Part shown: positions 6,801 to 12,859 of the stretch, one piece after another
How the letters are laid out: every line of letters starts with the position of its first letter
How positions within the stretch are numbered: position 1 is the first letter of the stretch
IMG/VR virus record: IMGVR_UViG_3300032314_000024
Location: 1-31,122 of that record
Length of the DNA stretch: 31,122 nucleotides
Strand: one strand, 5' to 3'
Origin: a virus
Taxonomy: Duplodnaviria > Caudoviricetes
Notes under the pieces: generated by a model
The model's database searches: none
The model's input: only the letters and a program-made list of their open reading frames with translations
Told to the model about the DNA's origin: nothing
Made by a program: the position numbers and the translations under genes

Positions 6801-9744
6801 TTTTGGTAAACGCACTAACGCTCTTAGAGATTGATATGCTATTGCTTATTGAGGCTGCTATTGATGTCTTAACAAAGATGCTCGTGCTTCTAAAAACCGA
6901 TACGCTTATACTCGTTGATTTGGATACGGAAATGGCGGTACCCCACGCAACCTGAGCATCGGTCAAACCAAGCTCTTTCTGTGCCGTCGTCTGTGCATCA
7001 GCAACAGACTTCCCTTGCGTTACGAGATCGGCTACCTTTTTTTCGTATTGATCCGCCAGCTTTTGCTCTTGGCTACCTCCAAATAACGCCTTCTCTGCAG
7101 CGTCCGCGGCTTTTGTGTCAACGCTGTTATTGCTTAGTTCTTTACTAAAGTTGCTAAGAATATCTTCAGGTTTGCCACCCTTTGAAATTGACTCAGAGAC
7201 CGAATCAATGATCTTGTCAATCTTGTCTGGCGCGACGTTGCTATCTTTGAGCGTGTCGTAAATTACCTTGCTAACCGTTCCACCAACGTAGGTTTTGGCC
7301 GCGAGGTCAGCAATCTCTGGTATCACCCCTCCGGCAGCTAGCGAGTCGTTTATTTTTGAGGTGATCCCGCTTGTCCCGCTGCCGCTCCTGATTGAGGCCA
7401 GGACATCATTAACGGCGGTGTTAAATGTCTTGTTGACGTCGGCCCCTGTGCTCTTTAGGCCGTTGTAAATGTTTTCGCCAGCGTCCCTTAGCTTTGCGGC
7501 TCCGCTAATTGAACTAGATGTGGCCTTAGATACAGCGCTGTCCAATGCCCCCGTCTTTAGAACGTCAAGCATGGTCACAGGCTTGCCAGCAATATAAGAG
7601 GTCGCCGCCTCCATCGCCGCCGCAGGAACACCTTGTTTACCAATAACAGCAGCCGTAGCAATTACTGTATTGGCAACAGCTCTATCAAGTAATCCCGTCG
7701 TTGCCTTGTCAGTGATCTTTGGAAGGTTAGGAATTTTCTCTGCAATACCGCCAATCACCAAGCCGGCGGCGGCACCCTGGACCCTTGCGGCCTCAACCTG
7801 TGCGTCAAATTGTTTCTGAGTTATCTTGCCGGAAGCCAAATCCGCCTTTAAGGAATCAGCCTTCTTTGATGCGGCTTCGTTCGCAGCGCCGCCGACAGCC
7901 TCAATCATTTCGTAGGCGAAGTCGGCTTTATTTCCAAACTTGGATCCGACTTTCATGCCTATGGAAAGTAGCTTACCCGCTCCGCCTGTTGTTAAGGCCT
8001 GCAGAACTTCCTCGCCAACCTCTCCGACAACCTCTTTAACAACTGCAAGCGGATACTTAAACGGCGCGGCGGCTAATACACGAGCAATGTCCCCTGCGTT
8101 TTTTACATTCGCCCACTCCTTGGCAAACGCAGCCTGTTGCGCCTTGGCTTCTGGCGGCAAAAGCGCGTCCGAAAGTATTCCGACTTGCTTGACAAATTTG
8201 TCAATATTGCCGCCATCTTTTGCTAAACCGGCAACCTTTAACACGCCACCAACAGCGCCAACAGCTTGCAGGGAATCAACTAATCCAGAGGTAACGGTAT
8301 ACCCAAGCTTTAATGCTAAATCCTTAAACGTGTTATTAGGGTCGTTCTTGGGGGCGTTCTTGGCTAAATATACAATCCCATCAAATAATTTTTGTCCAAT
8401 ATTTGCAGGATCGGCGTCGCTTGGTCCGTTTATCCCTAAAGCATCTTTTGCGCTTTCATATAAGTCCTCAAAGAATGATGGCTGCAGCCTTTTTTCTTCA
8501 ATAAGAACCGGCTCAAGCTGTACAATATCTGTAAGCGTGCCGCTGTTATCTTGTGCGTATATTATTAAGCCGGTTAAATCTTTTGGAATTGAGCTTATTA
8601 AGACGCGAGTAAGGTCAATGTTGCCGTTTTCGTCCGTAAGCTGTAAAAGCGTGGAGTCTGTAGCCGTTGAAACATTTTCTGCAACCTTAAACGGCAAAGG
8701 TTTTTTGTTTGCGTCGTAATCGTTTTTAAGTGTTGTAATAATTGTTTGTATGGCCTTTTGCCCGTTCGGGGCTCCTGCAACCATTGTCTGTATCGCAAGG
8801 GCACCGCCCACCTTAAGGGCCTTGGTAAGCTCTGGCGTTAGCTTCTGCGCCCTCGCGGTGCTATCTAAAGTCTCATTCAGAAACGCATTTAGGCCAGCAA
8901 TACCGCCATTTTTCAAAGCGGTATCCATTCTTCCGCTAGCGACCGCAGCATTTAAGGCGGTGGCTACGGTAACCCCTATAGCTTGACTTCCAGTTGATAG
9001 CGCTGTTGCCTGCCCTAAGACGCCAGCAAACCGAGCTGTGCCACCTAAAATTGCTCCGCGCATCGGATCAGCATCGCTAGCTACAGCGTTTAAGCCGCCC
9101 TGAGCAACTCCTCCAACAATGTCAGCAAATTTCCCCGTAATGGCGCCGCTAGTGGCCGTTTCAATAAGCTTTCCGGCGTCTGTTGTAGCAGATCCAGGCG
9201 CCGGAGCCCCTTCAGGATTCAGCAGATTAGAAGCCTGAGCCATCAAAACAGAAACACCAGATGCTCCTAATATTTTGAAGACATCGCTTTCGTTTTTGAT
9301 GTTGCCAGCCGCAGCCTGAACTCCAAGGTTGGCGATGGCATTACCGACCGCCTTTGCAGCAACCGTGTTTCCGGCAAAAATTACGCTAGAAGCAGAACCG
9401 CTTTGGGACACCCAATTCCCTATTCCGTCCCCAATGTAAGAAGTCCCGGCAGCGATTAAAGCATCACCCAGATTCCCGCCGTGGGCAACTACGTCTGCGG
9501 CATTTATGAGCGGCAGAAGCTCAACGTGTCCAGTGGCAATTGCCGCAACTTTGGCAATCGTTCCAATTGGATCTTTTAGTGCGGCGTTAATCGTATTTTC
9601 AAGGGTCTTCCCGATCCCCTTAGCGAGATCGTTGACCGCGCCACCAATAGAGTCTGCAACGTCGCCAACCGCGTCAACAACATCATGAGCGGCATCATCT
9701 AAATCAGCAAAAGTGTCGCTAACAAAATCAACTACGCCGCTCAT
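3859..9744 (-). CDS. Giant Ser-rich repeat/mucin-like putative ejection (internal virion) protein
   Basis: 1961 aa. The N-terminal ~940 aa are Ala/Gly-rich and helical with glycine-zipper-like segments. Then follow ~650 aa of SISNSI-type repeats, 15 VTPxxx hexamers, PPSS runs, and a C-terminal FAKGG...GPGDGQSDDIPAMLADGEFVIPADVV motif seen in phage virion/tape-measure-type proteins. Confidence 0.75.
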   Translation of the reverse strand: MSGVVDFVSDTFADLDDAAHDVVDAVGDVADSIGGAVNDLAKGIGKTLENTINAALKDPIGTIAKVAAIATGHVELLPLINAADVVAHGGNLGDALIAAGTSYIGDGIGNWVSQSGSASSVIFAGNTVAAKAVGNAIANLGVQAAAGNIKNESDVFKILGASGVSVLMAQASNLLNPEGAPAPGSATTDAGKLIETATSGAITGKFADIVGGVAQGGLNAVASDADPMRGAILGGTARFAGVLGQATALSTGSQAIGVTVATALNAAVASGRMDTALKNGGIAGLNAFLNETLDSTARAQKLTPELTKALKVGGALAIQTMVAGAPNGQKAIQTIITTLKNDYDANKKPLPFKVAENVSTATDSTLLQLTDENGNIDLTRVLISSIPKDLTGLIIYAQDNSGTLTDIVQLEPVLIEEKRLQPSFFEDLYESAKDALGINGPSDADPANIGQKLFDGIVYLAKNAPKNDPNNTFKDLALKLGYTVTSGLVDSLQAVGAVGGVLKVAGLAKDGGNIDKFVKQVGILSDALLPPEAKAQQAAFAKEWANVKNAGDIARVLAAAPFKYPLAVVKEVVGEVGEEVLQALTTGGAGKLLSIGMKVGSKFGNKADFAYEMIEAVGGAANEAASKKADSLKADLASGKITQKQFDAQVEAARVQGAAAGLVIGGIAEKIPNLPKITDKATTGLLDRAVANTVIATAAVIGKQGVPAAAMEAATSYIAGKPVTMLDVLKTGALDSAVSKATSSSISGAAKLRDAGENIYNGLKSTGADVNKTFNTAVNDVLASIRSGSGTSGITSKINDSLAAGGVIPEIADLAAKTYVGGTVSKVIYDTLKDSNVAPDKIDKIIDSVSESISKGGKPEDILSNFSKELSNNSVDTKAADAAEKALFGGSQEQKLADQYEKKVADLVTQGKSVADAQTTAQKELGLTDAQVAWGTAISVSKSTSISVSVFRSTSIFVKTSIAASISNSISISKSVSAFTKTSIAASISNSISTSKSVSVYASTSIVASISNSRSIVASVAKSVEVSSSISRSIFASQAVVSRSISISVSNSVVASRSISVSASVSALKASKDASISNSISQSIKAVNDLKTSISNSIAQSIKSSQDIQTSISNSIKTSQNASISNSISSSVAESNRISTSVANSISQSIKNSQDIQTSISNSISESNRVSASIANSISQSIQNSKDIQTSISNSISQSIKNSQDVQTSISNSIKASQSASISNSISESRRISTSVANSISQSIQNSKDVKASISNSISESNRVSNSVKNSISNSISVSKDIQNSISHFIEQSNSVSLSVVHSISASIVKAAREASISNSIAASVSGSISKSLSLSVVKASQSASISSSVAASVSESISRSISLSAVRASQNASISNSISNSVASSISQSLSLSAAKASRDASVSNSIAAANSASISNSIARSISASAIKASQNASVSNSVSASISGSIARSISASAIRASQNASVSNSIANSISGSIARSISASAIKESQNASKAASISLSNSISAFRSASISALKATQSASITASTSASIANSISGSIAKSISNSVSASISASSSASIANSKAVSVSASISNSISASVSKSISISISQSIKNTVKVTPTTNVTPTTNVTPTTNVTPTTNVTPTTNVTPTTNVTPSAEVTPTTNVTPSTEVTPSTSVTPSTEVTPSTSVTPSAEVTASVEVTASINVTPTPPLTSPPSSPPSSPPSSPPPSSPPSSSLPLSSPPLSSPPPTSSTLLTLTTGVPVTSSSSITPTTSPTTTVGVSTPTGSTGTRAGFQFSTPAIAPVTDSTFADYVRPIIGGAPVYKGILDQFFNKVEADTKQEAPVPSQKYYEYGSSTPIDQIIGNSEEAPSEEPGFAKGGLTKAFGSLYKSGKIRQDFRKGDAVSGPGDGQSDDIPAMLADGEFVIPADVVAALGNGSTKAGSDQLYKMMHEIRNRARSAHPKSLPPKALSPLDYLKRRK
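4684..4953 (-). repeat. 18-bp coding tandem repeat, 15 units (VTPTTN/VTPSTE/VTPSAE)
   Basis: Read directly from the translation: VTPTTN x6, then VTPSAE, VTPTTN, VTPSTE, VTPSTS, VTPSTE, VTPSTS, VTPSAE, VTASVE, VTASIN. Confidence 0.95.
4970..6930 (-). repeat. Degenerate serine-alternating coding repeat region (core SISNSI)
   Basis: Ser at roughly every second residue over ~650 aa. Visible units include a 22-aa unit (66-bp spacing at ~6706/6772/6838), 18-aa SISNSISQSIKNSQDIQT and 14-aa SISNSISESNRVSA. Boundaries are approximate. Confidence 0.93.
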
Positions 9745-10238
9745 TATAGATCCTTGATGCTGGTTTCATTTTCACCGCCTGAAGGTTTTTTGGCAGCGTT
9801 TATGTTGTCATTAAAAGTTATGACGGCCGTAAAAACCCCGTCTTTCCGCCTATAGGCCCGATACCCCATATTGGGAAACGGCGGCCTGCGAGATATGTAC
9901 TTAAAAATACTAAGCACCGTTGGGTCGTCAAAACTGCTAACAAGAATTTGCATTTTCATTAGCCCGGCAGCCTTAATGAACTCTATGCTGTTCTGTAAAT
10001 ACTGTGACGCAACATCGGCGTTGAGCGCCCTAAACATTCCTCTGTATTTGTTTTTGGGGTCATAATTGATGAAAAAAAGCGTATTTCCTTGCCTCATTAC
10101 GACAGTGTTTGGCGCTCGGCTTTCTGCTAACACAGCAGCCAAAACTTGATCTTCGCTGTAATTAGACTTGATTTCTTGGGATGCGTTTACAATAATTTCC
10201 TTCTGGCTCAACATCTTTTCTCTGCTATCAACTAACAT
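9744..10238 (-). CDS. Hypothetical protein, possible degenerate GNAT-fold acyltransferase
   Basis: 164 aa. The helix-helix-strand-strand-strand-helix-strand-helix pattern (NTLFFINY, GMFRALNAD, QYLQNSIEFIKAA, MQILVSSF, DPTVLSIFK) fits a GNAT topology. It occupies the T7 gp13-like slot just before the ejection proteins. No canonical acetyl-CoA motif, so the fold is inferred. TAATG overlaps on both sides. Confidence 0.5.
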   Translation of the reverse strand: MLVDSREKMLSQKEIIVNASQEIKSNYSEDQVLAAVLAESRAPNTVVMRQGNTLFFINYDPKNKYRGMFRALNADVASQYLQNSIEFIKAAGLMKMQILVSSFDDPTVLSIFKYISRRPPFPNMGYRAYRRKDGVFTAVITFNDNINAAKKPSGGENETSIKDL

Positions 10239-11353
10239 TACAGGCCTCTTGTGTTAAAGATTGCGGCAGAGTACACGTTGCCCATCCCCGCGGCCAAGCT
10301 AAGAACAGTCTCGCCGTTTGTCTCTAGGTCTTGAGAAAGATAAATTTTATCTTGCTTTGTTCTGTTTTCTATTTTTGGGATAACCCCTGATTTAATGGAG
10401 TCAAACAATAAGCAGCTCTCTAACAGACCAGACGCACCCATTGTATGGCCTATCTTGGGTTTGTATGAGGTGGCGACAAATTTTGTCAATATTCTGCCAA
10501 GCGCCGTACTCTCAGACAAGTTGTTTGATTTTGTTCCCGTTCCATGCGTTTTTACCAGAGAGATAGATTTTTCGTTTAGATTTGATATTTCAAGCGCGCC
10601 GGCAATTGCATTGACAAAGCCCTGACCGTTTTCTAGTTGACCAATTGAGTTGCTGCAATTTTCTGAAGCCGTGTACGCTCCTAGTAGTTCAGCTTTGGGA
10701 GAGCGGGACGACTTTTCAGCCCAGCGCTCAGATTCAAAGACCGCCAAAACCGCACCTTGAGCAACTCGAAATCCATAATTAAAATCATCAAAGGCAGACG
10801 GTTTCACGCCAGCCATTTCTTCTTTATATGACAAAGAGGCTTGAGACTCACCAAAAAACTCTAAAACAGGATTAGAAACCCCGTCTTCGGTTGAAAGCAC
10901 GATGACCCGGTCAAACTTATAAATCCAAATTAAGTTTTGGACGTCCATCATTACCTTTAGAGAAGACGCGCAGGCGGTTGCGTCAGTGGTAATTTGGCCG
11001 TGAGCGTTAAGCGACTGGGCAATTCTTCCGGCATAAACTTGAGTCAAAGAAAACGGCAAAAATTTGTATTGATAGCTTAACGAATTGGAATGCTGCTTGT
11101 TTAATAGGCCAGCAAAATGAGCGTTGCCACCCGCCAAAATGAATGCCGTTTTGCAGTCGGACTGACGCAACTGATCACAAAGCAGAGGGTCCAGCACCTT
11201 CTCAGCCACTTTGTGAGGGGGGTAAACCAATCCAGACGCAACCCTCTTATAAGAGTCCTCAAAGACATTCACAAATTGAGGGAACTTGATGTCGCCAATC
11301 AACTTGACATTGTCCGACCAAGCGGTGCGGTAGTCTGTCAAAAAAATTCTCAT
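10238..11353 (-). CDS. Beta-ketoacyl-ACP synthase (FabF/FabB-like, KAS I/II type), divergent
   Basis: Catalytic triad motifs are intact: TACASS (Cys at 10970-10972), KTHGTGT (His at 10544-10546) and KPKIGHTMGASG (His at 10445-10447). Also present: PSAFDD..GF..AQGA and C-terminal LSLAAGMG. Start placed at ATG 11353, which overlaps the ACP stop (ATGA), rather than TTG 11359. Confidence 0.93.
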   Translation of the reverse strand: MRIFLTDYRTAWSDNVKLIGDIKFPQFVNVFEDSYKRVASGLVYPPHKVAEKVLDPLLCDQLRQSDCKTAFILAGGNAHFAGLLNKQHSNSLSYQYKFLPFSLTQVYAGRIAQSLNAHGQITTDATACASSLKVMMDVQNLIWIYKFDRVIVLSTEDGVSNPVLEFFGESQASLSYKEEMAGVKPSAFDDFNYGFRVAQGAVLAVFESERWAEKSSRSPKAELLGAYTASENCSNSIGQLENGQGFVNAIAGALEISNLNEKSISLVKTHGTGTKSNNLSESTALGRILTKFVATSYKPKIGHTMGASGLLESCLLFDSIKSGVIPKIENRTKQDKIYLSQDLETNGETVLSLAAGMGNVYSAAIFNTRGL

Positions 11354-11631
11354 TTGCAATGCTCCACCGCCGCCTCAATCGACTCAGGAGTTTGAGTTTT
11401 GTGTTTCATAATAAAATCTTCAAAATCTTGCACTGTGAAGCATTCCATTTGCTTGCCAACCTCTTCCGGAATGCCGTACAATTCACAAAGATAAATAGAA
11501 ATCATTAGCACATCAAGCGAGTCCAGCCCCTCATCAGTTACGTTGCTATCTTTATGCGGCAAGGGGCTGTGTTTAATATGAACTGGCCTAGCCACCTCTG
11601 CAATTGCGTTGAAAAGATCAAGAAAGTCCAT
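11350..11631 (-). CDS. Acyl carrier protein
   Basis: Small acidic protein (~93 aa from ATG 11631) with the GLDSLD phosphopantetheine attachment motif (Ser at 11518-11520), followed by ELYGIPEE and TVQD as in ACPs. Adjacent to the KAS. Confidence 0.88.
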   Translation of the reverse strand: MDFLDLFNAIAEVARPVHIKHSPLPHKDSNVTDEGLDSLDVLMISIYLCELYGIPEEVGKQMECFTVQDFEDFIMKHKTQTPESIEAAVEHCK

Positions 11632-11682
11632 TTTGGTTGCCTTGTAAGATCGCAATGTGGAACTAAGGTTATCTACGATTGC

Positions 11683-12633
11683 TTACCAAATACCTTTACG
11701 GGCCTTCTCGTGAATGATCCTGTTGGGGTAGTCAATCCCGCAGAACTCTGAGAACTGCTCTAGCGTCCTGACGTTTCCAAGGCCAACCCTTCCAACATCC
11801 TTGCCGTGTAAAAGCATCTCGGCAAGCCGCATCTTGGATCTGACGTCCATATTTCCCCATTTTACCTTACGATCTTTGTCCTCTTCGTCAGACCAGTGCT
11901 TTTTACGGTAACTCTCCGTATCGCTGCCCTCATAAAGGTGATAAATCGGCATACCTGGACAGTGATATAGGTCCCACCCAAAAGTAAACGCACGCACCGC
12001 TAGAGAATGCTCCTCTCCATTAAAGTAGAGATAGGGATCGTAGGGGACCTCGTATAGAAACTTTCCAGGAGCAAATAACGTCTGCGCTCCAACATAGAAC
12101 CCCTTAACAGGCACGAAAGAGTCCAGCTCCCTTGGCGGAATGTTAAGCACCGGCCCATTCTCAAAGCTCGTGTCCTCGGCGCAGGTATGCACGATCACCT
12201 TGCCGTCGTCCTGAACCTTGTGCGATCGTCCGTTCTTAAACTCAAACCCACGCGGATAGCCCGAGATAAACACCTTCGGGTTGGGCAGCATAAGGAGCTT
12301 GTTCATCTCCACAAAATACTCGTCCCAGCCGTAATCAAAGACGGTGTGGGAGTCAATCTGGAAGACCCAGTCCTCATCGTCAAACAAGGACATCTGCAAC
12401 GACCTCGCCCAGCAGGCACCTCGAGAGGCCTTCGGGTCAATTGCAACGTAGGCGATGTTGGCGCCACAAAATGATTCAGGAACGATCCGCCGCTCTGGGA
12501 CCTCCTGCTCAACAACACCGAACCTGATCTTCTCAGGGTACTTGGCGTTGTCTAAGGCGCTTTTGATGGTGTGGGCTAGTAACGGGTCACGGTAGGATGA
12601 GATACCAACAAAAATTGTGTCAGACATTTCCAT
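11683..12633 (-). CDS. GT60-family polypeptide alpha-GlcNAc transferase (Skp1 Gnt1/trypanosome OGNT-like)
   Basis: Family-typical motifs IFVGISSYRDP, SRGACWAR, FQIDSHTVF..GWD (DxH metal motif), EVPYDPYLYFNGEE and GWDLY...IYHLY. No signal peptide or TM segment. The start may be ATG 12627. Confidence 0.88.
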   Translation of the reverse strand: MEMSDTIFVGISSYRDPLLAHTIKSALDNAKYPEKIRFGVVEQEVPERRIVPESFCGANIAYVAIDPKASRGACWARSLQMSLFDDEDWVFQIDSHTVFDYGWDEYFVEMNKLLMLPNPKVFISGYPRGFEFKNGRSHKVQDDGKVIVHTCAEDTSFENGPVLNIPPRELDSFVPVKGFYVGAQTLFAPGKFLYEVPYDPYLYFNGEEHSLAVRAFTFGWDLYHCPGMPIYHLYEGSDTESYRKKHWSDEEDKDRKVKWGNMDVRSKMRLAEMLLHGKDVGRVGLGNVRTLEQFSEFCGIDYPNRIIHEKARKGIW

Positions 12634-12859
12634 TCATCGCGTTGATAAGTGCAGAGGCCCAGTCCGACCAGTTTCCATACTGATCAGGATCGGGAACGGC
12701 TTCGTTAGAGAAGACCCCGATAGACTTGAGGCCATGACCCCACTGCCTCCAATCGGTCTTCTCGTTCGGTATCTCAAGCTGATTGCTGGCGAATTGCTCC
12801 ACCATTAGGTCGGCCCAAGACACGAAAGTATGATAGCGCGGGTCATATAAAACGGCCAT
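12620..12859 (-). CDS. Small hypothetical phage protein
   Basis: 79 aa, Trp-rich (WADLM, WRQWG, WSDWA). TGATG overlap with the nozzle gene, and its stop overlaps the GT60 start. Confidence 0.75.
   Translation of the reverse strand: MAVLYDPRYHTFVSWADLMVEQFASNQLEIPNEKTDWRQWGHGLKSIGVFSNEAVPDPDQYGNWSDWASALINAMNGNV

Noticed and set aside
4684-6930. Possible CRISPR array or non-coding repeat
   Set aside because: The repeats are in-frame multiples of 3, degenerate at third positions, and have no unique spacers.
6995-7044. In-frame GAA AAA AAG slippery site shortly before the Ser-rich domain; a -1 shift would stop about 12 codons later
   Set aside because: The position is intriguing, but the nearest hairpin (GTCTGT...ACAGAC) is about 25 nt downstream, too far for a typical stimulator, and EKK can arise by chance.
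7940-8719. 259-aa plus-strand ORF
   Set aside because: Antisense to the giant gene, codon-mirrored, with no motifs.
3859-9744. Bacterial SRRP adhesin or classical tape measure protein
   Set aside because: No signal peptide, LPxTG or accessory Sec genes, and no tail tube or sheath genes in the window. The context fits a podoviral ejection cluster better.
10238-11631. Host fab operon fragment or chimeric assembly
   Set aside because: No fabD/fabG/fabH/plsX. The KAS is short and divergent, and the genes overlap or closely abut phage genes in the same orientation.
11632-11682. Possible promoter in the short GT60-ACP intergenic gap
   Set aside because: No recognisable -35/-10 pair or repeated phage promoter motif.
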